Source: Flavobacteriales bacterium
GTDB taxonomy: Bacteria; Bacteroidota; Bacteroidia; Palsa-965
NCBI GenBank assembly: GCA_040377305.1
Contig: JBEIPA010000030.1
Coordinates: 1 to 61,675, forward strand
Direction: 5' to 3'
DNA length: 61,675 nucleotides
A program made the position numbers and the translations under genes. Under the pieces are notes generated by a model. The model did no database searches. It saw only the letters and a program-made list of their open reading frames with translations, and had not been told where the DNA came from. Positions 1 through 9,957 of this stretch are shown here, one piece after another (the first letter of the stretch is position 1; each line of letters opens with the position of its first letter).

Positions 1-72
1 AGCGATATTTCTCGTGTGAACTATGATCGCGTAGCGCCTTAGCACCTAATAAATTCTATGATTCTATGTGGT
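1..72. repeat. Right half of a palindromic intergenic element (family B; full copy at 37052-37205)
   Basis: 1-72 aligns with 37134-37205 (AGCGATAT...ACTATG...CTATGATTCTATGTGGT); 1-25 is almost the exact reverse complement of 37108-37132. Confidence 0.8.
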
Positions 73-710
73 TAAGCGGAGCAAGGCACCCTCAAATCAA
101 GAAACACCAGATACCATCCGCCATTCTTCAGCATAAAATACATGCGCATATTCAGCGATGTATTGATTACGACTCTTCCGATTTGTGAAGCAAGCTCTTC
201 TGCATCTTTCGCATCAGCATCACTCAGAGCAGCGTGCTCCCAGATCTTCGTTTCTTTAAACGTATTGTGTTCGGTGGTAAAGCATCCGTCTTTCGCCCAG
301 AACGATTTTTTATCGCAATCAGGTTCTGGAATTTCTCCATTCTTCAGTTCGCACACCATTGAATTACGATCGATCGGAATCAACGAGTCATTTTTGTAAT
401 TGAGGATTCCAGCAACTGTTTTCACGTGCACCATTTCAGGCATGGCACCGTTTGATGTGATGACCCAAAGTCCTTCTTCTTTGTCGATGAAAACATCGGT
501 ACTCTTCACATTGTATGTAGCTGCAGCAACGAATGAACTGTAAATCCACTCGAACTGTTTGAAGTCTTCGTCAGGAGGAAGCGATTCGGTGATTTCCTGC
601 TTCACGGAATCTTTCGCAGACATCGTGTCTTTTGACTCCGAATCAGTTGTATCCGGGCCGCATGCAGCGAGCAGTGTTATTGCGAGTACTGTGATTGCAA
701 TTTGCTTCAT
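72..710 (-). CDS. Hypothetical lipoprotein
   Basis: Start at MKQIAITVLAITLLAAC (lipobox), overlapping the upstream MFS stop (ATGA); the longer ORF-track N-terminus lies inside the MFS gene. Confidence 0.8.
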   Translation of the reverse strand: MKQIAITVLAITLLAACGPDTTDSESKDTMSAKDSVKQEITESLPPDEDFKQFEWIYSSFVAAATYNVKSTDVFIDKEEGLWVITSNGAMPEMVHVKTVAGILNYKNDSLIPIDRNSMVCELKNGEIPEPDCDKKSFWAKDGCFTTEHNTFKETKIWEHAALSDADAKDAEELASQIGRVVINTSLNMRMYFMLKNGGWYLVFLDLRVPCSA

Positions 711-1957
711 ACTTCTTCTTCGTTGCGTGGTTTTTCTGTGAATAGACCGAGGTAGAAAATTACAATAAAAACAAGCACCGCCGTCACAGCAAATACACTC
801 CATGGAGCAACGAATTCCCACAACGCGCCCGCGCCCGCACAGGCAATCATCAGCGCAATGCTTCCCGCGCCTCCGAAGAATCCCATTGCTGATGCTTTCT
901 CGCTTTTAGGTACAATGTTGCTGATCCACGCTTTGCTGATTCCATCGTTGAGCGCTGCGTACATTCCGTAGATGCCCATGAGAAGTATCGGCAAATACAC
1001 GGGTGGTTTTTCCGGAGCGATGAACATCATCCACGCGAATCCCGTATACGTAACTATGAAACACACCAGACCAGTGATGAAAATCGGTTTGGCGTTGAAC
1101 TTGTCGGCGAAGTATCCGGCAGGGTAGGAGAGAGCAGCATAGAAAAAGTTGAAGAGGATGTAATACAGAATGCTCATCTCTTCCGGACTGAAACTGTAAC
1201 CCAGGTACGTGTTGTCTATTCCGGTATGTACTGCTCGCAACGCCATAAGTAAAAACAGATCGGAACTGTTGACGAGTGCGAAGAGGAGAAATCCGCCAAC
1301 AGTTTTTCTGAAATTCGGATTCGATTCTTTCCAATAACTGAATGTTGCTTTCCACGAAGGCAATTTCGTTACCGGTTTTTTCTCCGCGTGTTTGTCTTTG
1401 AGAAACATCAACACAATCATGGTGAGGATTCCGGGAATCAACGCGATGTAAAACAGATTCGTGAGTGGCTCACCACGATGTGTAATCATGTACCATAGCG
1501 CAATCATAGGTCCGATGAATGCACCTAGCGTATCGAATCCACGATGAAATCCGAAAACTTTACCGCGATGTTTCGGCTCAGATTCGTGAGCGAGTAGTGC
1601 ATCACGCGCCCCCGTTCGGACTCCTTTGCCCAGGCGATCGCTTGCGCGCATGAACAATGCCCACAAAACATTCGGAAATAAAACGATGAGTGGTTTTGCC
1701 AGTGAGCTCAGCAAGTATCCGAAGCGAATAAACGGCAATCGTTCCCCGCGCACATCAGACCATTTTCCGAACCAACCTTTTGATAGACCTGCAGCAGCTT
1801 CGGCAACACCTTCAATAATTCCGATCCACAAACCGGTCATTCCAATAGTGCCGAGATAAATGGGCAACACCGGATACAGAAGTTCACTGGACGCATCGTT
1901 GAATAAGCTGACGAGGGAAATAACGAGAACGCCGCGCGTGAGCCAGTGTTTCTGCAT
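707..1957 (-). CDS. MFS transporter
   Basis: 416 aa, about 12 hydrophobic segments, GKWSDVRGER / GYFADKFNAK motif-A-like loops, DRLGKGVRTGARD. Confidence 0.9.
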   Translation of the reverse strand: MQKHWLTRGVLVISLVSLFNDASSELLYPVLPIYLGTIGMTGLWIGIIEGVAEAAAGLSKGWFGKWSDVRGERLPFIRFGYLLSSLAKPLIVLFPNVLWALFMRASDRLGKGVRTGARDALLAHESEPKHRGKVFGFHRGFDTLGAFIGPMIALWYMITHRGEPLTNLFYIALIPGILTMIVLMFLKDKHAEKKPVTKLPSWKATFSYWKESNPNFRKTVGGFLLFALVNSSDLFLLMALRAVHTGIDNTYLGYSFSPEEMSILYYILFNFFYAALSYPAGYFADKFNAKPIFITGLVCFIVTYTGFAWMMFIAPEKPPVYLPILLMGIYGMYAALNDGISKAWISNIVPKSEKASAMGFFGGAGSIALMIACAGAGALWEFVAPWSVFAVTAVLVFIVIFYLGLFTEKPRNEEEV

Positions 1958-2128
1958 GTTTAAAGATAACGCAGAGGTGGGCTCGACGCATAATGGAGTT
2001 CAGGTTTTTCGAAAAATATGAGCAAAATTGAGCGTTTTTGAGCCCTCGCAAAGGTTTAACAATGTTTTTAGCTCTATGAAGACGGACTGGCATTGAATTT
2101 GAAATACCTTAGACAAAGACATAAGACT

Positions 2129-2314
2129 ATGAAAAAGCTCATTGCAATATTTTCCGTTTTCGCACTGTTCAGCATTGCTGCAGTAGCACAGGATCTACCG
2201 AAGAATACGGCGAAGCCAAAGAAGTCAACTGCTAAAGTTACTCCGAACAAAAAATACGTAGGCAAGAAAGCTGTTAAAGCAAATGTGCCGGCCGCTAAAT
2301 TGAATACGAAATAG
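2129..2314 (+). CDS. Small secreted Lys/Ala-rich protein
   Basis: MKKLIAIFSVFALFSIAAVAQ signal peptide, basic tail, followed by a terminator. Confidence 0.7.
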   Translation: MKKLIAIFSVFALFSIAAVAQDLPKNTAKPKKSTAKVTPNKKYVGKKAVKANVPAAKLNTK

Positions 2315-2340
2315 AGATTTCGTCTTTATGGTTAACGAGA

Positions 2341-2368
2341 CCTCGTCGCGAAAGTGGCGAGGTTTTTT
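2341..2368 (+). terminator. Intrinsic terminator
   Basis: CCTCGTCGC-GAAA-GTGGCGAGG hairpin plus T6. Confidence 0.75.
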
Positions 2369-2407
2369 GTTGGGTTGTTTTTATTTGAATACTATTAACT
2401 TAGCACA

Positions 2408-3280
2408 GTGCCAACCTCTTCGAATAAGCAAAAACTAGGCGACCTTCCGGTAGTCTCTCTCGAGAAAACCGAGCAGATTATTCATGTACGTCCGCTCACG
2501 TATCAGAATCCGTACGATCATACACGCGAGCATCGCCATACGTATTTCGAAATTATGTTCTTCGAAACTGGTGGTGGATTACAACTGATCGACTTTCAGC
2601 AATTCGAAGCCCAACCAAATAGCTGTCACATTATTTTTCCTCAGCAGATTCATTTGTTGAAACGAAATGGAAGTGAAGGCACAGTTGTCCAGTTTGTGGA
2701 GGAAGTAATTCCATCTGTTCAGGTACGTAATCAACTTCGTTCCGTGTCTTTCGGCGACAAGCCCGCGGTTTTCTTTGAGAGCAATGCTGAACGAATGGAA
2801 GAACTCGTACCGCTGTTAAGTTTGCTCAAGTCGGCGTCGGAGAAGAAAACGAAAATCGGAAATGATATTGCGGTGAAGTATCTCGAGGCGCTTCTCCTTC
2901 AGCTGGCAGAAGGGAAACAAGCGAATACAAACACACAGGTTTCTGAGGATCAAAAACTATTGTTTCATTTTCAGCAGTTGCTCGAAGAACAGTTTACTAC
3001 CAATCACAGCGTGCAGGAATATGTGAAGCTGATTGGCGCGACAGAAAAGAAACTTGCTGCTGCAACGAAAAAATATCTTGGCTTGAGTCCTTTGCAGGTC
3101 ATACATAATAGAGTATTGCTTGAAGCGAAACGTGCACTTGTATTTGAAGATACCTCGCATAAGGAAATTGCATTTCGTTTGGGTTTCGATTCTCCTGCAA
3201 GTTTTTCTCAGTTCATCAAGAACAAAACCGGGTACTCGCCTTCGGAGCTGAGTTCGCACCTGGTGGATATACACAAATAG
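2408..3280 (+). CDS. AraC family transcriptional regulator
   Basis: N-terminal cupin (HRHTYFEI), C-terminal HTH (KEIAFRLGFDSPASFSQFIKNKTGYSP). Confidence 0.92.
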   Translation: MPTSSNKQKLGDLPVVSLEKTEQIIHVRPLTYQNPYDHTREHRHTYFEIMFFETGGGLQLIDFQQFEAQPNSCHIIFPQQIHLLKRNGSEGTVVQFVEEVIPSVQVRNQLRSVSFGDKPAVFFESNAERMEELVPLLSLLKSASEKKTKIGNDIAVKYLEALLLQLAEGKQANTNTQVSEDQKLLFHFQQLLEEQFTTNHSVQEYVKLIGATEKKLAAATKKYLGLSPLQVIHNRVLLEAKRALVFEDTSHKEIAFRLGFDSPASFSQFIKNKTGYSPSELSSHLVDIHK

Positions 3281-3470
3281 AACGCGGATTTTGATGCTCG
3301 TGGAGTGCTAGGCGGTGCTCTCGGATCAGTGTGGTGACTAGAACGATTGGATGTTGGATTCGATGAGATAGGCTTAAGTTTATCTCATAAAATCCAATTC
3401 CGACTTTTGACTTTTAGTAGAATCATCCGAGGGAAACGATAGAAAACAACGGACTTCGAAATCCGCGTTC
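3280..3470. repeat. 191-bp element with terminal inverted repeats (family A, copy 1), MITE/REP-like
   Basis: GAACGCGGAT...ATCCGCGTTC ends; internal ATGAGATA..TATCTCAT hairpin; homologous to 10389-10579. Confidence 0.8.
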
Positions 3471-3487
3471 CCATTTCTATAGCTCGT

Positions 3488-3564
3488 ATTCCAAAGTCCG
3501 TGGCGTGAATTCCAATCTCCTTCTGAAAACAGGCAAAATTCCACATCTGTTGTGCGTGAATCCA
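3488..3564 (+). promoter_or_regulatory. Candidate AraC operator: two pairs of direct repeats
   Basis: ATTCCA at 3488/3509 and 3538/3559 (AATCCA), 21-bp spacing in each pair, GCGTGAAT shared; lies between araC and the 3634 gene. Confidence 0.45.
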
Positions 3565-3633
3565 TATCATAACACTATAACCCCTGCCTCACCTTTGGGG
3601 TATAAATAGCAAACGAACATCACACAACGCAAT

Positions 3634-4926
3634 ATGAAAAACATTCACTCCTTCTTCTCAATCATCGCAGGACTCATTATGTCAACTGCACCAGTCGCGG
3701 CTCAGTGGTCCGCAGTACGATTCGACTCTGCAAATATTTTCAGAAACATTTATGCTCCTGCACCGAACGATGTGTTCACCGTTGGAACAGATGCATTCAC
3801 CGGAGAATATTTTGTGATGCGCTCAGACGATGGCGGAACAACATGGGATTCCATTGCACTTAATATTGGTGCAGATGATTTCCAGGTTTATGAAATGCAT
3901 TTTCCCGATGTGAATAATGGTTTCATTGGTGGAACCAAAAACGGAACAAACCAGAATCTGCAGAAGACGATCGACAACGGCAATACGTGGACTGACATTA
4001 CGCCTGATCCATTAAGCACGGAGTCTATTACTGCAATATACTTTCTTAACGCAAGTCAAGGTTGGGCAACAGCAGGACAGAATCTTTACATCACAGCTAA
4101 CGGCGGTGTAAACTGGACAACAGCCGCGTTGAACTTCAATCCGTATGATCTTTATTTCCAGGATGCGCTTGTAGGTTACGCTGCTGGTGGAGATGTGTCG
4201 ACTGTTCCCGCAAGAATGATGAAGACTATTGACGGTGGACAAACATGGACACAAGTATTGCAGAGTGTAGATCCTATGGTTTTTGTGAATGCATACAACT
4301 TCATCAATGTCGTTGACCAGAACACTTTATTCACTGCACAGGAATGGTCGAACCGTTTGTTCCGCACAACAGATGCTGGTGCCACATGGGATACAATTAT
4401 TTGTGATTCGGTTTATCAGATTGTTGACTTTCACTTCGAGAGCGCAGATTCAGGTCACGTACTTTCGTCCATGGGTCAGCTTTATTACACCAACGACGCA
4501 GGTGCGACATGGAATCTTGCATACACAGCAGAGTGGGGATTGTATGGACCGTCTGTATTGTTCTACTCGCTTAACTTCTCACAAGGCGTTGGATACGTTT
4601 GCGGCTCAAGCGGATTGATCAAGCGTTTTGATCAGAACATCATGTCAATCCACACTCCGCTGGAAATCGTAGGTTCTTTAAATGTGTTCCCGAGTCCATG
4701 TTACGGTGCACAAAACATTACCGTGCAGTCTAACGGCATGCAAGGCGATTGTTCACTGTGGATCATGAATATACTTGGAGAAGTAGTTTACTTTGAAAAC
4801 GTTCAGAACATCGAATCACGCTCATCACTTGTTGTGAGCAGTGCGTTTCTCGCCACCGGATCGTACACGATTGTATTACACAACGATGTTCAGAAGCAAA
4901 CAGCGAAATTGATTATCGCTGAGTAA
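3634..4926 (+). CDS. Secreted BNR/Asp-box (YCF48-like) beta-propeller protein with T9SS C-terminal domain
   Basis: Signal peptide; repeated S/T-x-D-G-G-x-T-W; C-terminal VFPSP...GSYTIV...KLII. Confidence 0.85.
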   Translation: MKNIHSFFSIIAGLIMSTAPVAAQWSAVRFDSANIFRNIYAPAPNDVFTVGTDAFTGEYFVMRSDDGGTTWDSIALNIGADDFQVYEMHFPDVNNGFIGGTKNGTNQNLQKTIDNGNTWTDITPDPLSTESITAIYFLNASQGWATAGQNLYITANGGVNWTTAALNFNPYDLYFQDALVGYAAGGDVSTVPARMMKTIDGGQTWTQVLQSVDPMVFVNAYNFINVVDQNTLFTAQEWSNRLFRTTDAGATWDTIICDSVYQIVDFHFESADSGHVLSSMGQLYYTNDAGATWNLAYTAEWGLYGPSVLFYSLNFSQGVGYVCGSSGLIKRFDQNIMSIHTPLEIVGSLNVFPSPCYGAQNITVQSNGMQGDCSLWIMNILGEVVYFENVQNIESRSSLVVSSAFLATGSYTIVLHNDVQKQTAKLIIAE

Positions 4927-5005
4927 GAGTACCGCGTTCCTGTTTGTCCGAAAGCGACTATGCCTCGGTCCGACATTGTGGCAAACACAGGAAAGTTGGT
5001 TGGTT

Positions 5006-5047
5006 AGACCGTCCGCAGCAAGGGAGAGCTCGGACGGTCTTTTTTTT
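5006..5047 (+). terminator. Intrinsic terminator
   Basis: AGACCGTCCG / CGGACGGTCT 10-bp stem plus T-run. Confidence 0.75.
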
Positions 5048-5188
5048 GTATCGCGGCGGCGCGGAGGACGCGGCGGCGCAGCGAAAATCACGTGTAAAAA
5101 GCAAAGGCAGCAATTCGTATCTTTATTCTCAGCGTAATACCCACGCTCCCAGCCACCAATTTAGGTCGCTGTTTTTTCAAAATGAATA

Positions 5189-5977
5189 ATGGATACATCA
5201 AAAGAACTGAGGCTCGCAGTATTAATCGATGCCGATAACGTTCCTTCTGCACCTATAAAATCAATGCTCGAGGAAATTGCAAAGTATGGAATGCCAACTT
5301 TCAAACGCATTTATGGCGACTGGACACGTCCGCACCTAACGGGATGGAAAAGTGTTTTGCTGGAGAACGCAATCACACCTGTTCAGCAATACAGTTACAC
5401 CATTGGTAAGAACTCAAGTGATTCAGCATTGATTATTGATGCAATGGATATTCTCTACACAGGACGTGTAGACGGATTCTGTATCGTGTCAAGTGACAGC
5501 GATTTTACACGTCTTGCAACGCGTCTGCGTGAAGCGGGAATGACCGTGATTGGCATTGGCGAGAAAAAAACTCCGGCGCCGTTCATTGCGTCGTGCAACA
5601 AATTTATTTACATAGAAATTCTTCGCCGTGAAGAACGTACAGCAGCGCCAGTTAAAGCGCGTGTAACCAAAGGTCCTGCTCAACGTCGCGGTGCTGTGGT
5701 CGCTCCGCCTGCGCGTGTTGTTGCGCCTGTAGCTCCAATCGATCAGAAGTTGGTGAGCCTCGTTCGCGACAACATCAACGACTTAACCGAGGAAGACGAA
5801 TGGGTTTCATTAGGTGCACTTGGGAATCACATTCTCAAAAAGCAACCCGAGTTCGATCCGCGAAATTTCGGTCACAAGAAACTTATTGATCTCATCAAAA
5901 GTGTGACCGGTGTAGAGATCGATGAACGTCCTTCGGGCAAAAAAGGGGTGTCTCATTTCTTCGTTCGGAACCAGTAA
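5189..5977 (+). CDS. NYN domain (LabA/DUF88) protein with C-terminal OST-HTH/LOTUS domain
   Basis: LIDADN, KNSSDSALIIDAMD, SSDSDFTRLA; C-terminal FDPRNFGHKKLIDL. Confidence 0.9.
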   Translation: MDTSKELRLAVLIDADNVPSAPIKSMLEEIAKYGMPTFKRIYGDWTRPHLTGWKSVLLENAITPVQQYSYTIGKNSSDSALIIDAMDILYTGRVDGFCIVSSDSDFTRLATRLREAGMTVIGIGEKKTPAPFIASCNKFIYIEILRREERTAAPVKARVTKGPAQRRGAVVAPPARVVAPVAPIDQKLVSLVRDNINDLTEEDEWVSLGALGNHILKKQPEFDPRNFGHKKLIDLIKSVTGVEIDERPSGKKGVSHFFVRNQ

Positions 5978-6019
5978 ATCGCTGTTTTTGCGTTTAAAAA
6001 GCCATTAACCTTTTTTAAG

Positions 6020-6047
6020 GCAACATTTTCGCGGGTTTAGCGTCTAA
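6020..6047 (+). promoter_or_regulatory. Candidate ECF-sigma promoter
   Basis: GCAAC-N16-CGTCTAA upstream of the 6064 small ORF. Confidence 0.45.
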
Positions 6048-6063
6048 CAGTAAACGCTCCCGC

Positions 6064-6198
6064 ATGAAAAACGAATTTTTTGCATCGGTCATCCTGCTCG
6101 CGATCTTCATCGGTTGCTCAGCATGGTATCGCGCAGTTCCTTCTGTTCCTCCTGCGAAAGACAAAGCGCAGCAACATTGCGTTGTTGTGCATACCTAA
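6064..6198 (+). CDS. 44-aa small membrane/secreted protein (below ORF-track cutoff)
   Basis: MKNEFFASVILLAIFIGCSAWYRAVPSVPPAKDKAQQHCVVVHT*, hydrophobic N-terminus, ECF-like promoter upstream. Confidence 0.45.
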   Translation: MKNEFFASVILLAIFIGCSAWYRAVPSVPPAKDKAQQHCVVVHT

Positions 6199-6273
6199 CT
6201 CGTTTCTTCTCATTAACTTTTCTTAGGACTGCAAAGTCGCGAAGTGAATAAACCTTGACGTTTATTTGCACGC

Positions 6274-6978
6274 ATGAGAATCTTTCCATTTATCGCTCCG
6301 GCAATTTTTCTTGCCTCCTGTTTCTCCGATCCAAAACCGGTGACGATAACGATTGCGTCCGATGAGTTTATTCCCGGAATAATTCATGACGTCACGTATC
6401 GCTACAACGGAGAAATCATTGATAACCCTGAAGTCGTTTTTGATTCTGTCGCTGGAATTTATCGCTCGCGTTATGATACGTGTGCGAAAGGAGAATACTC
6501 TGTTACGCTTACAACGGTTTTCGATACGGAAACAGTTCAGACGTTCGAAGTGAACTCTGATTCAACCCTGTTTGTGAAAAACGATTTGCCCTTCACGTCA
6601 GTTGGATTCATTACCGAAGATTCCATGTTGAAAGCAGATACGGTTCAGTTTGTTCGTGTCGTTTCCGGCTGCTTTCAACACGATCTGCACAAAGTCACAC
6701 TGATAAAAACGCCTGATGGGTATGAGGTCAAAGAGTATCCGACGACGGAGTATGTCACACATGATACGCGATTAATTTCCAGGGAAGATGGAGCAACAAT
6801 GATTCAGAATTTTATTGAATCAGAAAAGGAAATCGAGCAGCTGCGTTACGAAAATGCGGGTAAATTAATCGCATCCACTTCACGGCAATATGTGTTCTTC
6901 AGGGCTGATTCGGAAATCTATTCGTACTACGATGATGGTGTGAAATGGGTGAGCTACCCCGAGACGTATATTCCGTAA
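6274..6978 (+). CDS. Hypothetical lipoprotein
   Basis: IFLASC lipobox, 234 aa. Confidence 0.75.
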   Translation: MRIFPFIAPAIFLASCFSDPKPVTITIASDEFIPGIIHDVTYRYNGEIIDNPEVVFDSVAGIYRSRYDTCAKGEYSVTLTTVFDTETVQTFEVNSDSTLFVKNDLPFTSVGFITEDSMLKADTVQFVRVVSGCFQHDLHKVTLIKTPDGYEVKEYPTTEYVTHDTRLISREDGATMIQNFIESEKEIEQLRYENAGKLIASTSRQYVFFRADSEIYSYYDDGVKWVSYPETYIP

Positions 6979-6979
6979 A

Positions 6980-8359
6980 TTATTTCTGCAGCATCATTCC
7001 AAGTCGCCCGCGCATAGATGCTGCGAGATAGCGCATTCTTTTCGGGAATGAATCTTGTTTCGCTGTTTTCCACTTCACGGTATTCACGACGTAACGAATT
7101 GCGTAGTCGTAGTATTTACGCGGATACGTTCGTTTGAAATCAATGTCGCGATCGGTTGATGTTTCCCATTCACCCACGTGCGTGAAGTTGTGTTGTGTGT
7201 CTTCGAACAATTCCGTGCCGCGAATCGGGTAGGCGAGTGTAATCGTGAAGTGATGCGGATTCGATTCAACAAGGTGAGTCACTGTTTCACGAATATCGTT
7301 TTCCGTTTCTCCAGGATAACCGAGCATAATAAACGTTCCTGCTTCCATTCCCTTCTTACGCGTAAGCTGAATCATCTCACGAACGTTTTTCACATCCACA
7401 CGACGATCCATCGCGTCAATTACAGTTTGCGAGCCGCTCTCTGCACCAATCCAGATCCGGAAACATCCGCTTTGCGCCAGTAGGTCGAGGATTTCTTCGC
7501 TCAATCTGTCGGAACGGGAAATAATTTCATACCGGATTTTGATTTTACGTTTTGCAATGACCGCAGCAAATTCACGCATCCATTTCGCGTTGATCGTAAA
7601 TACATCATCCACAAACCAGATGGAATCGAATTTGTAATTGCGTTGCAGTTCTTCAATTTCGTCAGCAACCAATTCCGGATTTCTGCGACGATACGACAAA
7701 CCATAAACCGCACGACTGCACCATTTACAGGTATACGGACAACCACGCATCGTACTCACAGAAACAGAACTTTCTCCGTGTGCGCTTTTCCACACATCGA
7801 AATATTTCTGCAGATCAACTTTCTTTCTGTTTGGAAACGGAAGCTGGTTGATGTCTTTCAGAAGCTCCCGCTCTTTGTTGATGATTATGGAAGCACTTTT
7901 GTTTTTCCATTGAATTCCGTTGACTTCGGAAAAGTCCGTCTCGCCTCGGCTGATGGAATTCACAAGTTCGAACATGCTTTCTTCTCCTTCACCAATTACG
8001 ATAAAATCTGCTCCTACATCCAACAGTGGTTTCGCATGTTGACGAACTTCCGGTCCACCGAGAATAATTTTCAGATTATGTAATTCCTGTTTGCTGCGAA
8101 TGAACCTGATAATGCGAATCACATTGATACGCGTCATCAGGTTGGTGTACATTCCCAAAACATCCGGCTTGTGTTCAACAAGATGTGCACAGAGTTTATC
8201 GAATGTGGAAAAAGTAGAATCGAAAATGTCGTTGTCGAATCCTTTCTGCTCGAGATATGCGGACACACTCAGAATTCCGAGCGGAACATACGGCTTCATG
8301 ATCGCCTGTTCCTTTTCGTCTTCAGCAAGAAAGTAACCGTGTGTGAGTAGGATTTTCAC
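6980..8359 (-). CDS. Cobalamin-binding radical SAM protein
   Basis: N-terminal B12-binding domain (PLGILS...ILGGP...IGEGE), RGCPYTCKWC (CxxxCxxC), FVDD, GAESGSQ. Confidence 0.92.
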   Translation of the reverse strand: MKILLTHGYFLAEDEKEQAIMKPYVPLGILSVSAYLEQKGFDNDIFDSTFSTFDKLCAHLVEHKPDVLGMYTNLMTRINVIRIIRFIRSKQELHNLKIILGGPEVRQHAKPLLDVGADFIVIGEGEESMFELVNSISRGETDFSEVNGIQWKNKSASIIINKERELLKDINQLPFPNRKKVDLQKYFDVWKSAHGESSVSVSTMRGCPYTCKWCSRAVYGLSYRRRNPELVADEIEELQRNYKFDSIWFVDDVFTINAKWMREFAAVIAKRKIKIRYEIISRSDRLSEEILDLLAQSGCFRIWIGAESGSQTVIDAMDRRVDVKNVREMIQLTRKKGMEAGTFIMLGYPGETENDIRETVTHLVESNPHHFTITLAYPIRGTELFEDTQHNFTHVGEWETSTDRDIDFKRTYPRKYYDYAIRYVVNTVKWKTAKQDSFPKRMRYLAASMRGRLGMMLQK

Positions 8360-8423
8360 CTCGATGAAGGTACGAAAGAGACGTGAGACGGCAGACTTGA
8401 GACGGGAGTAAGAGTGCGAATAG

Positions 8424-9041
8424 CTAGTCTTTCTCCCACCTTCTCGTCGAACAACCTTCCACCATCCTCACTGTCCAGCCGTCCTTCTGTGCCCGCTTGA
8501 GAAGTCGCTTGCGCAGAATTTTCGGGTAGAAGATCCGCGAATAGGTGCCGCACCGCGAATGTTCTTTCATGACACCAATCTGAGCCAGCACGTCATAAGC
8601 AGCAGCTGCACATCGCATACCAATAAATGCATAGTCGTACGGTGCAGCCGATGTGTAGGCATCGCGAATGCTGTCGAGTTTTTTCTTCTGTTTGTCATCG
8701 ATCGGAATTACAATGGTGGTGCGCTTCATGTCGCCTGTGTCGCCACCGAACATGGACCAGAATCCGTCAACAGAGTGTGTGGCAAAACGACTGTGCCGAT
8801 TCTTCGGGTGCTCGATGATGTGAAATTTGCCGGCCGGCAGGAAATCAATGATGTAATTCGTGTCAACTTCAATACCAACATGTCCTCCGTGAATGCCACC
8901 AAACCATTTGTGTTCGGTGTCTTTAAATTCTCTTTTCGGACGTGAGCCGTAAAGGAAATGGACTTTGATATAGGTTGTGTCGGCATGTAAATCTGCCGTA
9001 AGCAGAATTCCGCCGACAAGCAGCAACAGTATTGCTCGCAT
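8424..9041 (-). CDS. Secreted hypothetical protein, possible permuted papain-like (His-before-Cys) hydrolase
   Basis: Signal peptide; GGHVGI ... YDYAFIGMRCA. Confidence 0.6.
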   Translation of the reverse strand: MRAILLLLVGGILLTADLHADTTYIKVHFLYGSRPKREFKDTEHKWFGGIHGGHVGIEVDTNYIIDFLPAGKFHIIEHPKNRHSRFATHSVDGFWSMFGGDTGDMKRTTIVIPIDDKQKKKLDSIRDAYTSAAPYDYAFIGMRCAAAAYDVLAQIGVMKEHSRCGTYSRIFYPKILRKRLLKRAQKDGWTVRMVEGCSTRRWEKD

Positions 9042-9360
9042 AAATGTGATTGTTAGAAAGAGAACAGGATAGTTACGTTGTCATCGCTACAATCAGCATG
9101 ACAATTGATTACTAACTAGGCAGACGGATACGCTGTGATGGAGAAAATGGTGTTGCGCAAGCAGTGAGAAACTCCGGTAGAGGTCCGGCCTTTTTTTGTT
9201 TTTATAGATGACTTGGACGTCATGATTCAAATATACGTGATTTGAAACAAACACTGGGCAATCAGGACCACCTTGTACTAGCCGAAATTCAATCACATTC
9301 CCGGAAACGTCTGTACTTTTGTGTTACGCGCAACTTTTGTTTGGCACGTATAAGCTTACC

Positions 9361-9957
9361 ATGGCACTCCAATTGATAAAATTGAATATTGATGTTTCGG
9401 ATGATGCGTTCAATGCTATCTATCCTGAACAAATCAGAAAGCATTCGAACCGGCATTGGACCCCGGTGGCGGTGGCGAAAATGGCGGCGGCATTTCTGGC
9501 GGAAAAACCAGGAGCGCGCGTGCTCGACATTGGATCGGGTGCTGGAAAGTTTTGCATGATTGGTGCTGCATCAACGGGGGGAGTTTTCTCGGGAGTTGAA
9601 CAGCGAAGTGAACTGGTTCGATTTTGTGAAAAGGCTGCACGTGTTCACCACCTGAAAAATGTAACTTACATCAACGCAAATATTACCTCGATAGATTTTA
9701 ATTTATACGACGGATTTTATTTATTTAATCCGTTTCGGGAAAATATTGATGAGACCGCGTTGATCGACGACAGTGTTGAAACGAGACCAGATCTCTTCGA
9801 CTTATATGGAAAGTACGTGTACGAACATTTATCGGCCTGCAAAATCGGAACGCGTGTGGCGACTTATTGGAATTCGGTAGCTGACGTTCCATCTGAATAT
9901 GCTGTAGTTGGATCCTGCTTCGACGGACTTCTTAATTTGTACGAGAAGACGCGGTGA
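9361..9957 (+). CDS. Class I SAM-dependent methyltransferase
   Basis: VLDIGSGAGKF, FNPF; TACTTTTG -7 box at 9314-9321 favours the ATG at 9361. Confidence 0.85.
   Translation: MALQLIKLNIDVSDDAFNAIYPEQIRKHSNRHWTPVAVAKMAAAFLAEKPGARVLDIGSGAGKFCMIGAASTGGVFSGVEQRSELVRFCEKAARVHHLKNVTYINANITSIDFNLYDGFYLFNPFRENIDETALIDDSVETRPDLFDLYGKYVYEHLSACKIGTRVATYWNSVADVPSEYAVVGSCFDGLLNLYEKTR

Noticed and set aside
1-42. 3' end of a plus-strand CDS (SDISRVNYDRVAP*)
   Set aside because: Sequence matches the right half of the non-coding palindromic element at 37134-37205
9090-9200. Possible riboswitch or sRNA ending in a T-run
   Set aside because: Only a weak CCGG/CCGG stem; no recognisable cobalamin, SAM or other aptamer consensus
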